NCBI RefSeq assembly: GCF_036321535.1
Contig: NC_087436.1
Span: 88,662,001 to 88,726,000 of the forward strand
DNA length: 64,000 nucleotides
Reading direction: 5' to 3'
From: Camelus dromedarius
Lineage: Eukaryota
Shown in pieces: positions 27,255-38,223 of this stretch. The translations under genes were made by a program, and so were the position numbers. A model generated the notes under the pieces. That model was not told where the DNA came from. It was given only the letters and a program-made list of their open reading frames with translations, and made no database searches. Each line of letters begins with the position of its first letter. Within the stretch, counting starts at the first letter, position 1.

Positions 27255-27428
27255 GCTGAACTAGAGGCTTTTGAAAACAGACTGAAGGGTCGTCGGAAGA
27301 AGAACAGAAAGAGAGATGAAGTGGCAGTTGAGCTAACGCTATGGCAAAAATATAAATACTGTCTCCTTCCAGTCTGTGCAGTTGTGGTGTTAGTGTTTGC
27401 GTGGTGCATAGCCCATGATGGGGATTAA
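27255..27428 (+). CDS. NFXL1: NFXL1 terminal coding exon: [57 protein letters not shown]
   Basis: gatttag| acceptor, TAA at 27426-27428; basic cluster then C-terminal hydrophobic segment, as recalled for human NFXL1. Confidence 0.97.
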   Translation, partial: AELEAFENRLKGRRKKNRKRDEVAVELTLWQKYKYCLLPVCAVVVLVFAWCIAHDGD

Positions 27429-28390
27429 AAAATTTTTGATCTGTTACTATACCTCAGATTAGATTTAGAGAAATTGTTAAATTTGGAATATTAGAAAGTG
27501 AATGTTATAGAACGTGATATGTATTCACATTCATCTCTGTATTTCTCTACAAGTTTCTGTTAGAGGGATAGGATGTTAAAGTTTACCTTAATCAGCATAC
27601 TAGAAGTGGCAATATAACCTTGTTTAATAGTAAAAGCATGACTGAAATTGTAACGTATTTCGTAAGGCATAGCCAGTGGCAGGCTGACACGTTAGTTGTT
27701 CATTGTGCTTCCCTGTATTAACATAACTGTTCATTTACTGTTTTAAACCAACATCTTTTTTTTTTGGCAAAATTAATATGAAACCGAGCCATATGTGCAG
27801 TAAGAGGAATAGTTCACAATGTTTTGGTTACTTATTAATAGGTACTTTTCTTGATCATGTAACTTCGTACTTTTAAAAAAAAATTCTCTAAAAGACCTCT
27901 TAAATTGTAACACAAAGCTACATAATTAGAGTCCGGAAATTGGTTTATTAGGAATTTTTATCAGTTATTGAAATAAAATTTTATGTAGTATGTTCCTCAG
28001 AGGGAAAAATAATTGCTTTCAAAAAATGCCAAGCTAGATTTCTCACATGTGGCTATTTCTTGTGTAGGAAGCTTTTAACTGAAGTTGGAATGTTTTGTAA
28101 AACTTGTTTGTGTTTTTTCAAAGTAATAATAAAAAAAACTAATATTTATGAGCAATATATACTGAGCACAGGGCTTATGAATAGCTTTATGTACTTTATT
28201 TTCATTTCTTCTTACTGTGATCCTATAGATTTTTTTTTCCCAGCTGGAAATAGTTCTTATGAAAACAAGCTGATAGAGAAATATCAGTAAGCCAGCCAAA
28301 TATGTTTAAATTGTAAGTCATTTTAAATGATTTTGCTATTTAATTTTTGTATAATTAATGTTTTCATTAAATTTTTTCATACCAAATTTT
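27429..28390 (+). other. NFXL1: NFXL1 3' UTR (end approximate)
   Basis: AT-rich sequence with no recognisable interspersed repeat after the stop; poly(A) hexamers AATAAA 27972-27977, AATAAA 28128-28133, ATTAAA 28366-28371. Confidence 0.65.
28366..28371 (+). terminator. Candidate distal polyadenylation signal ATTAAA
   Basis: ATTAAA in a U-rich context, followed by CA dinucleotides and T-rich sequence. Confidence 0.5.
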
Positions 28391-29029
28391 TAAACTAGAA
28401 TATTTACTATTTAAAATATTCAGGAGCCTATAATTTTATCTATGTGTGAAACTCTAATGCTTGGTGTAAAACATGGTAGTTGATAGGCACTAAAAAGGGT
28501 AGAAGTATGTTTTAAACAGACATACAAAGACGGATTTTAAAATTTTTACTGACTTAGTTTGTTTAATGTTATGCTCCTTAATTAAGTATTAGCTGGTGTC
28601 TGAAGTGGAAGGGCAGTCATCCCTTTCTTTATGGTACTTTTGTTTTAATTTTAGATTTCTTTTTTTACCTTTCTCAATGTTAGAGTTCCTGGGTTGGTGT
28701 TTCAGCCCAGTTCAGAAGCTCTAAATTAGAGCTGTTACCCTCAAGTCCTTACCTTACTCTACCATAAAATGAATATTAAAGAATATGAATGTTTAGGTGT
28801 CCAAGTGGGGAAGCTCTTGTAATGTATTTCAGTCTTGGCCTAATAAACATACCTGAAGCCTAGTTCATGTCTGCTTGTTGGACTTCTGTTCTTGCTAAGT
28901 TTTCTTTCTGATTTGTGCAGAAGAATTTAGTGAGCAGAGGAAGGCAATTGAGTGAATGACAGTTATGCAGTTTGCTGTTTTGCTGGCTAGTAGCTCGGAG
29001 CTTAATTAATTAACCCAAAGTCACACAAC

Positions 29030-29700
29030 CGTTCATTCATTTATTCAGTCAACAGATGCCTTTGCTGCAGGATGGAACTTTCTAGCTACTGGAGATGATG
29101 GTGATCCTTTCTCTTGGGGAGCTGCTAAGGAGTGGAGGAGAGCAGGCAGGAAATAGATACACAATAAAACGAACATGATTTCATGTATGATAAGTGGTAT
29201 TAAAATGAGAGAAATATTACAGAAAGTGATGAAGGAGGGGGGTGAAAAGGCACTAGCTACTTTACTTGGGAAAGTCCCTCTGAGATGGGGTCATTTGAGC
29301 TGTGACCTGAGTGACCTTGACTTGAAAATCTGAGGGAAAAGTCTGTGAGGGAGAGAAAGCTGCAAGCACAAACTCACTGAGGTGGGAGATGCTTGGAAGG
29401 GCGGCGGGACCGACAGAGGGGCTGGCGCGGCTGGAGCTTCATGAGTGACAGGGAGGCAGGGTCTAGGGCCAGTTCACAGGGTGCTTGATAGACAGGGTAT
29501 GCACTTTGGATTTTCTTTGAGTTGCAGTGGGCAGCAGTGGAAGGTTTAAGTGGAGAATAGCTGTTGGTTATTGTTCTTTTAAGGTAACTGTCTCCTAGCT
29601 GCTGTGTGGAGGAAAGACTGTAAGGAGGCCAGGGTCAGAGCAGGGAAGGAGGCGAGTTGGGAGGCAGCCCCGGCCGGGGGTACTGGTGGTGCTGGGATTC
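29030..29700 (-). mobile_element. L2 LINE remnant
   Basis: ttcattcatttattcagtcaacag end; catttgagctgtgacctgagtga and tttggattttctttgagttgcagtggg motifs. Confidence 0.65.
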
Positions 29701-30562
29701 ACACTGGGGTTCAGGCCTCTGTTCCCACAGCTCCCCACGGCCCTGAAGGAGCGGCCTGAGGGTACTGCCATGACTGCTGTGCGGTGAGTACAAGAGAACA
29801 GAGGAAATAAATAAGCTCTTTAAGGTCAAATGAAATTAAAATTTTGTCTAAATAATTCACCCGAATTTGTTCTGATGGAAAAAAAGTGGTACATGTTGAT
29901 CTTTTTGCTCAATCTAAGCCAATTAGAGAAGGGATGGAAAAGTTACCAAATAGCCACCAATGACATAAAAATGTGGTTTGCTGAGTGACAGTGACTAGAC
30001 CACCCTAAGCCTTGGACCTTAGGGTCTATGTATGAAGTTAGCCACACAGGAGGGAAAAGCAGAGTACTGGTTGCTACTTCCTAGAAGAGAAGTGAATTTG
30101 GGAGCAATGGGAGGAGCTGGGAACCCCTCTGCTTTCCAGGAACTCTTAAGGGTGTCCGTCGGGGAAACTGTTTTCATGTATTTCAGAATCTTGGTCTGTT
30201 GGGCAAGTTTGGGCCCGTTGTTTGCTGAGCTGCTGCTGTTCATGTCAAGTTTTCTTTCCAGTTAATGTGAGGGCATGTATTTCAGTGGTGCTAAATTACC
30301 CACATGTAGCCTGGAATTCCACAGTCCAGATTCATTTGAGTTAAAACCCCTCTAGAGAGACATTCCCTGACTACCCTCCTCACCCTCACCTGGCCATTCT
30401 CTAGCTTCATATGTATTTTTCCTCATAGCCCTGCACAGCATGTGTCATTGTATTCTACACGTGTTTATTGTCTGTCTCCTTCACCAGAAGGCAAGCTAAG
30501 CTCCGTGCGGGCAGGGGTGTGGTTTTGTTTACTGCTGTGACCCCAGCCACGTAGCAGATGCT

Positions 30563-30998
30563 GGTATTGGTTTCTTAGGGCTGCCATGACAAATGATCAC
30601 AAACAGAGGGGCTTGAAGCAACAGAAATTTATCCTCTCACAGTTCAGGAGGCCAGAAGTCCAAAATCAAAGTATCAGCAGGGTTGGTTCCTTCTGGAGAC
30701 TCAGAGACCACTCCCTGCCTCTCCTAGCTTCTGGTGCTGGGCGTCTCTCCTTGGCACTTCTCGGTTCGTAGACACGTCACTCTGATGTCGCCTCCATCTC
30801 CACACGGTCTTCTTTTCCATGTCTGTGTATCTTTTTCTGTCTCTTCAAAGAACACTATTTAGGGCCCACCCTATTCCAGGATAATTAAATTTTACCTGGT
30901 TACCTCTACAAAGACCCTATTTCCAAACAAGGAAGATTATATTTTTGGGTTCCAGGTGGACATTAATTTTGGCAGGGTACACTCTTCAATCCACTGCA
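30563..30998. mobile_element. MLT1 (MaLR) solo LTR inserted into an L2 remnant (~30340-31035)
   Basis: tattggtttcttagggctgccatgacaaat...cagaaatttatcctctcacagttc...gaccctatttccaaa; L2 3' end (taaatatttgatgggtgaatgaatgaa) resumes after it. Confidence 0.8.
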
Positions 30999-31099
30999 GT
31001 GCTCGGTAAATATTTGATGGGTGAATGAATGAATTCACAGTAATTCTAGGCCGTAAACTTTGGGGGCATTTTTCATTACTGTCTTAATAATTGTACTAT

Positions 31100-31460
31100 T
31101 GAAGGTAGAGGTTAAGAGGTCAGTCTAGTTCCAGATTGGGCTCTAATTCGGGTTCTGCCCTTTTCTAGTTGTGAGATCTTGGGCAATTATTTAACTTCTG
31201 TGAGACTCAGGTTCCTCCTCATCTGTAAAAGAGAAACAAGAAGAGGTAATAGCAAATGTCCAATAAGTGTTAGCCAAGATTATGTGTCTGTGGCTATATT
31301 AAATCCTTTATATGTTTATTTAATTCCCATGACAACCTATGAGGTGGGGCTATTCTCATTTTACAACAGAAGAAACTTAAGTTTAAGAATTAAAAACTGA
31401 GAAAATATACATGACACTTTGTAAAGTGCCTGACAGTGCTTAGAAATTCTTAGCTATCTA
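31100..31460. mobile_element. MIR fragments
   Basis: tgtgagatcttgggcaattatttaacttctgtgagactcaggttcctcctcatctgtaaaa core plus an opposite-strand copy. Confidence 0.65.
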
Positions 31461-32834
31461 TAATAATACAGATAATGTGACTTAAATGTCATAACTTCTC
31501 TTGCAAATTGATTCACAAGTCAGAAAAAAATATTGTGAACTGAGGCACCTCAGTATTTGCTCATGTGGTCGTGGTCCTTGAGGGGGTACTATCCCTAGCA
31601 AGACCAGGCAGGATTTGGACAGTCAAATGGCAGCATGGGATCCCGGTGGTGGGAGAAACTGGCACTTAGGTACGTCAAGGTGCTAGAAATAAAATTCCTC
31701 TGCAACTGTTTATGGGCCAGTTCTCATTACCTTCTTCCCAGTGACTACTCTGGTGTGTTGAGTAAGGGATTGATGCCCCAGAATTAAATACGGCAAACAG
31801 AACATCTACTCGGGCTACTTTTATATACAGAATGTTTCAGTGTGCTGGGCTGTATCACTTCCGGGTATGTTGTTGTCTCCTTTTAATTTAAATAAACTCT
31901 CTCCCTGCTGCAGGTTCAGTTTGCCTGTTAATTGCTTCATTTTTTAAATAAATAAATGAATATTTATTTATTTATTTTAAAGTCTCTGCCTTTCAAAAGG
32001 CCATAACTTTCTTTTTATAAAATGAAAAGTATTTTAAGAAAGTATATGATGATTGTTTCTTTAAGTTGAAAAGCAAGTGTGGCGATTTTTTTTTAAAGGA
32101 ATAATTCAAATAAGTCATTGAAGATTACTGTGAGACCTCTGCATATACAAATTATGATTTCTTTTTTTTATGATTTCTTACATTACAGAGGTTTGTTACA
32201 AAGAATATAAAAACAGCTGTTTATCCTCATGCAAAGAATACCTCAAGTATTTACTCAGGTACCACTGGTAACTAGAACTGGTTGGGTTTTCTTGCTAATA
32301 GGAAGTTTAAAGAATGCTTTTTTACACTATCAATGCAGTCAGCTTTAGTTCTCGGAAGAACAGTTCTCCAGAAGAGAGGAGCCTGACCTACTCTGGCTAT
32401 CTCAAATTCACTGATTTCGCTACTTTAATTCCACAGTTTCTCTAGCACCCTCCACCAGAGGGCAGAAAGTGGAAGAGAAAGGAGGTGAAGTAGTGCCACA
32501 TTCATACGTGGCTTCAGAAAGCCTGCAGAAACTTTTGAGGATTGACTCCAATGCTTATTTTATAGACCAAGTTCACTGGCCTGGAAACCCTAGGGGATTT
32601 GCTCAAGGTAGAGCTAGTGGGCAAATTGCCTGGACTCCTGATTTTCAGACTGGTGTCCCTGCGGTGATGACCTGTGATGGGGCAGTATCTCAGAAGAACA
32701 CAGTCCTGAAATTACACGGCCTCTGCAGAATCCCAGCTCAGCGCTTGCTGGCTGTGTAAACTCAGGCTGGTTACTTCAACTCCCTACTTCAGTTATTGTA
32801 CCATGCACTTGCAGTATTTTCTACTTTCTCATTT

Positions 32835-33879
32835 CACTTCAAAAACAAAATACTGATCCCCACTCCCAAATTTTACAAGTTACACCCCCCCAGCTCTAAT
32901 ATTCAAGGAACAGATACATATCTTTGATAATTGTGCATTGCCTCCTCCAGAATAATGGAGATAGATTTATTCGATAACCTCATGAGCAACTTTGAAATTG
33001 TCATTAGATTTTGACTGAAGTTGGATAAAAAAAATTTCTAAGAAAAACACAATGTTTTTTTTCTTCTGCCAAACCTATGACTACTATCTTGGGTAGTCTT
33101 TACCGTTGTAAATACCTTCAGTGCCCTCCTTGACGCTGAATGACAGAAAGACCCCGAGTTGCTGGCCCGCAGAGTCCACCCAGTGGGTGCCCTCCGCAGC
33201 AAACCGCTTGCTAGGTTCATGCAAGCGGGCTCGGGTTCTCCCGGCTCCCTGCAGCCTCAGCAAAGTCTCCGGCAGTCTTGGAAACGCAGTTTCTTCACTA
33301 AACACGTAACAGAAAGCAAATTTACATTTGCTTAATGAAAATCATGTTCGCCCTAGGAACGAAAATTTTCGTTGAGATAACAAACTTGGCCTTTAACTGC
33401 CAGTGCCTACAGTTATTTTCATTTTATTTGGCGACTTTCTCGCCAAAAGATAGTAAAGTAGCATGTGGTGAGATATCGGAGAGCCGAGAAGTAACTCCTT
33501 TGCTCCCAATTCCTGTTTGCCACAGCCCACACGTTCTGGTCTCATCCTTTCAGTGCTGCCATCGCGGGGTCTAAGTTTGGGGGTGGGCACGGGTTGGAGC
33601 ACTAGCAGTCCGCTTGGCTTCCCGTCCGCTCCAGAAAAATAACTTCTTTGAAAGCAGAGAGGTGGGGCTGCTGAGGATCTGTCATTAAGGGGTTTTATGG
33701 GTGGGACCCAGAGACGCGGGGGGAGGGGAGGGAGTGGTCCGCGGGTGGGATCTGTCGAACTGACAAAATGTGGGGCCTCTGTCGCTTGAAGTTCAACTTG
33801 TCTCTTCCTGAGCGAGGAGCAAGGTATCTGTAGTGCCTCTCCCAGGGGCACGTACAGGAGAGAAAAGCGACCAAGATAA
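32835..33879 (+). promoter_or_regulatory. Cardiac-type motifs upstream of the CORIN start: WGATAR at 32925-32930, 32959-32964, 33375-33380, 33448-33453, 33874-33879; NKX2-5-like CACTTCA at 32835-32841
   Basis: Motifs read directly; CORIN promoters are known to be GATA4-dependent; function of each site is not shown. Confidence 0.5.
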
Positions 33880-33904
33880 GAGTGGACAGAGGAAAAAGGG
33901 AGAC

Positions 33905-33976
33905 ATGTTCTCCACGAAACGGCCCCCTGCCCTTGCTCCGGAAGAGCGCTACCGCCCAGCCAGGGCCCCAGAGCGG
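33905..33976 (+). CDS. CORIN: CORIN exon 1 coding part, short N-terminus: MFSTKRPPALAPEERYRPARAPER
   Basis: PALAPEER matches the recalled human corin N-terminus MKQSPALAPEERCRR; gacATG start; phase-0 donor CGG|gtaaga; tandem NFXL1-CORIN order as in human 4p12. Confidence 0.92.
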
Positions 33977-34208
33977 GTAAGACCCACGAACTGCGCTCTG
34001 CAGTCAAACAGGTCGGAAGACCTCTCAGTCCAGATGAATTCAGGGTCAAACCCTCCCGCCCCGCACTCCCCTCCCCTCCGCGCCACCTTCTTACCGCGCC
34101 GTCGGTGAGCTTCATCTTTCCCAGCCCCGCGCTCAGCACCCCGCAACCAGTTCCCGGGCGCACGGTCCTCCATCCGGGTCGCCCAGCGTCCAGGACCCTC
34201 CCAGGGTC

Positions 34209-34484
34209 GTGGGTAGGGTTTCTTTGAGAGCAGTTGTCGGATCGGTACGGAGACCAAGCTCTCCTTCCCAGGGGCGTTGCCACGACCCTTGGAGAAGCGT
34301 CCTCACTGTCCCTCTTCCACCCGGCGCCCCTCACGCGTCAAGGGGACTCGGGGGCGCCCGGGTGCCTGAGGAGGCTACAGAAGGAGCCGACGCAACCAGC
34401 CCCTTGGGGGTCCACGGCTTCTCGGCGCCAGCGTCGCGGACGCCCGGCATCTGGAAGGACCGCGCAGCCTCGCCTGCCCCAGAC
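34209..34484 (+). CDS. CORIN: CORIN alternative first exon homologous to the mouse long cytoplasmic tail (92 codons, (V/M)GRVSLRAVVGSVRR...PGIWKDRAASPAPD); start codon is GTG, coding status uncertain
   Basis: Aligns end to end with the recalled mouse corin N-terminus MGRVSFSVRVSSVRR...GRC...GLG...PLG..GF...PGSWKD....PAPD; phase-0 donor GAC|gtaagc at the homologous point. Confidence 0.65.
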
Positions 34485-36545
34485 GTAAGCCTCCTTTACC
34501 AACGGCGCGCGCCTGGGCCTCCGTCTCTCCTAGAGCCCGACCCGCGCTCGGTTCCCCTGCCACCTGTGGTGCCGGTTATCACCGGACTCTTTGAGCGTGG
34601 GCATTGCCGAACCGGTCCCATTTGTAGGGTGCTGGCAACTCCTGCGTCCCCTGCGCGCAAACTTTGTGTCTGAGGCTTACCCTCATCCTGAGCACACCTG
34701 GCGCCGGCCGCCGGGGGGCGCAGGTTCGAGCTGCTCCGGCTTTGGCGGGCTCGGACCTTGTCCTGTGAAGCGACTGCGTCGCCCCTGGTTTGGGAGAGGA
34801 AAGGTAGGGAAGAGCACCACGGACGGTCCTCACGGTCCTGAGCCCTCAGGGACCACGTCTCATTTGCGCTGCCCTTCTTCTTGTGTGTCAAGAGGGCCCA
34901 GGAATCCATTAGCTGCTGCGCGGTCGCGGCTGCTCGGTGTCCGGGCACCAGTGCCCGCTCTTTGGTGGGGGGCGGAGGGCTGCGCGGGTGGGAGGAAGGT
35001 GGTGGTGTGTCGGATCCTGCTGGGACGTTCTCCCAGCTCCTTTGGCGGGCGCCCCACTCCGGATGCCACCGGCTTGGGGCCGGTGGATGGCAGTGTAAGG
35101 CGCTTTTTTGCGCTGCTTGTCATTCCCTGACCGAGCCCTGCGCGCTCCGAGCTCCGAGCTTATCAGAGAAGCGGCCGGCTGAGCATTCCCAAGGAAGCTG
35201 TCCCAGCCATTCATAAAATGAAGCTTTCCTCCCGCGGGAAGCTTCTGAGAACAATGCACTACAAAGACGGACTCACTCTTGAGTAAGACTACGACAACTT
35301 CTGTGTGCACATTTGTAGTTTGTAGTCTCTCTCTCTTTTAAAAGTAATTTATTGATGCAAGCAAATCTGCAGAGGAATGCTGACTACTCCCAGAAAGGGA
35401 GCGAAGCCAGAACTTACTGCTGATCATTTTCCAAAGACGCACATTATAGCTGAAAGTGTTGAAATTAAACATGCCATAAAACATTAATTTGGGGCATAAC
35501 CTGGAGAGATTGAGAAGAAACAGTGCATTTTTTAAAAGTTACAAAATCGGTTTTTGTCACAACATTCACCAGCTTGTTTGTATCAATTGTTCTGTTGTGT
35601 GAAATTACACTAAAAACCAGTTCCCCAAGCCAGGTTTCTGGGGATTGAGAGGATAGACTAGCTGCCTGCATAGACATATGTGAGTACTGGGCTCAGCAGT
35701 CAGGTTTTCCATAGAATTCTTCCCAGGACAGCCGAGAGTTGCGTTAGGATTCACTATTTTTAGAGTTACTTGAGTGTGGAATCACATAAATCTCAAAACC
35801 TCACAATGCCCTAAAGCTTTATTTAGGGAAAAGGAGTTCTTCCCAGACAGCCCCTTGCAGGATAGGAGTACAATACTCAGTTCACCTTCCAGGAGGTTAA
35901 AGAGACAAATATGAATTGCTTTATTAATCTCATCAAGTATAATTCCAGGCATAGTGAAACTTTTAAAAAAGATACAAAACTAATCCCATCAGAAACCTTC
36001 CTCCTGATGGTGCAGAAATCTTAATCCGACAGCACAGCAAGCATCAGTGCCTCTGCCACAAGCCAGCTCTGGTTTTGTTCTGGGAGAGCCACGTTTCCCA
36101 CCATGGTTCCCCTGGATTTCAGTGCTTCTGGTTCTATCACCCCACAAGTCCCTCGCTTGCCCTTCTTCACTGCTGGGGGCAAACAGGAGATTGGGGGAGA
36201 AGCTGAGTAGCTCAGTATTTCCAGAGTTAGCATCTTCCTCTGAAATTGGTATTTTCAAATCTCCATCCCGTTAATGTATCTAATTTATTCAAATTTGAAA
36301 CTAATACGCCACCTCACTCTGTAGGACCCCTTGCTGAACTTAATTACCATTTGACAGACTATGTATTTTACTTCTTTATTTTGATTATTTTCTGTCTCTG
36401 ACTCTGAGATATGCAGGCAGAGATTTTTCTCTGTTTTTGTTCATTGCTAAAAGAATGCCTGACACACAGTTTGTACTTACTAACTATTCGTGAATGAATG
36501 ACTATACGGAAAAGTCTTTGGAACTAGCTAAGATTCATAGATGCT

Positions 36546-37368
36546 GTGTAGTTTCCTAGGGCTGCTTTAGCAAGTTATACAAATGAACTGGTGGCTTGAA
36601 ACGCTGGGAATGTATTCGCTCACAGTTCTGGAGGCTGCAAGTCCAACAGCAATGTCTGCAGGGCCGTGTCCCTTGAAGGCTCTAGGGAAGAAGCCTTCCT
36701 CTGCTCTCCCTAGCTTCTGGCACTTGCTGGCAATCCGCGGCATTTGGCTTACAGCTGCAGCCCTCCAATCCTGGCCTCTTTGGTCACACGGCCTCCTTCC
36801 CTGTGTCTCTGTGTTCTCTCTTATTTTAAGGACACCAGTCATACTGGATTTTGGCTCACCCTAATCCAGTATGATATCACCGTAACTAATTCCAAAGGCA
36901 AAGATCCATCTATTTTGTTTTCTTGTTTTGTTTTTTTATTTCATCAGTTAGCATGACCTGATAAGTCAACAACTGGACCCTCTTCCTCCTTTAATACAGC
37001 TTTATTACCGTGTAATTGACTTATAATAAATTGCATATATTTTACGTGTATACTTTCATATGTTTTGACATATGCATACACCCACAAAACCACCATCATT
37101 GTCAATATAATGAATATAACCATCACCCCCTGCAACTTCTTTGTGCCTTTTAAAATATCCCTCTCACCCATCTCTGCCTCCACAATGTCAGGCAACCTCT
37201 TGTCTCATTTCTGTCACTATAGATTAGTTTGCATTTTCTAAGGATTTATATCAATGCATGGATATGATATGTACTTCCTTTGTGTGAAAAGACCCTATTT
37301 CCAAGTAAGGTCACATTCTGAGGTTCTGATGGACATGAATCTTTGAGGGACACTATTCAAGCCAGTAC
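36546..37368. mobile_element. MLT1 solo LTR interrupted by an antisense L1 fragment (~36985-37285)
   Basis: tagtttcctagggctgct...ctcacagttctggaggct...; LTR resumes at aagaccctatttccaagtaaggtcacattctgagg. Confidence 0.8.
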
Positions 37369-38122
37369 AGATGCATCAATAGGTAATCCTTTCCCTGCCT
37401 CGAGTTTATTCTGTTTCTGGAACTTTGCTAAATCAACTGTAGAGCATAGTCCAGAATGTTCATTATTCTTAGGGCAGACAGTCACCGTGCAGGTTGGGAG
37501 ACTATGTGCGCTTTCCACGTGGGCATGGAGTACTTTTGGATTGCTGAATCGGTTGCCCTTTCCTTATCCTGTCACTGTCCCCAGCCCTGTATCCAGTCTC
37601 TTCTTCTTTCTGTTTGCTCAGAAAGAGCTGCTGTTGTCCTGGAGCACGGCTGTGTCTGTCCCCCGCGTCCCTGAGCATTCTGCAGCAGCCTTTGCTCAGC
37701 TCTGAGCAATGCTGAAGGCTGCCTGTAAATTATGTTTTCCCCTCTGCCTGCTGGCAGTTGCCCTCATCAGCTCACCTTACAGCAGCTGTTTGAATATTCT
37801 CCTGCCATACTTGTCTGCATGTCCAAACCAGCAGAGCTGGTGGTGACAAGCTCAATGTCAGTGCTTGATAGGGCTGGCTGGGGATCCAGCATGGTCCTGT
37901 AGATGACCCATCTGGCCATTCATTATCAGTGCCAAAGCTCTGTATGCAGCTCAAGAAGACATCTGTGGGAAAGGGCTAGTCAGCCAATGGACTGGCTTAG
38001 GAGTAAGGCAGAAAACATAGCAGTGGGTTGCGAAGGTCATTTTGGTGCTGCTTGTTTGAGCTTAGCCTAGGCCTAGCCTCCCTTTGAGCCTTTGGGCTGA
38101 CAACATTTAAAGAGTACCTTTT

Positions 38123-38220
38123 TTTTTTTTTTTTTTTAAATGGAGGTACTGTGGATAGAACACAGGACCTCATGTGTGCTAAGCGTGTGCTCTACTACTG
38201 AGCTATAGCCACCACCCCGA
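38123..38220 (-). mobile_element. tRNA-Ala-derived SINE abutting an L1 tail
   Basis: Reverse complement ggctatagctcagtagtagagcacacgcttagcacacatgaggtcctgtgttctatccacagtacctcca plus poly(A). Confidence 0.85.
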
Positions 38221-38223
38221 CCG

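Larger units (their letters stand above)
33130..35260. promoter_or_regulatory. CORIN: CpG island / CORIN promoter region
   Basis: Abrupt rise in GC and CpG density against the AT-rich background; contains both candidate first exons. Confidence 0.9.

Noticed and set aside
33393..34334. 313-aa minus-strand ORF and the other long overlapping ORFs across the CpG island
   Set aside because: Low-complexity Arg/Gly/Pro/Ala translations are expected where high GC depletes stop codons; no recognisable domain. Only the two + strand segments matching corin were kept.
35085..35260. Peptides RRFFALLVIP (+) and CSQKL (-) resembling corin exon 2 (CSQKL...LLRFLLLVLIP)
   Set aside because: They are on opposite strands, the first is followed immediately by a stop, and there is no suitable acceptor; treated as coincidence.
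38140..38215. Possible tRNA-Ala genes (also ~13060-13130 and ~16665-16735)
   Set aside because: Mismatched stems, degenerate B boxes or anticodon arms, A-rich tails and TSDs mark them as SINEs.
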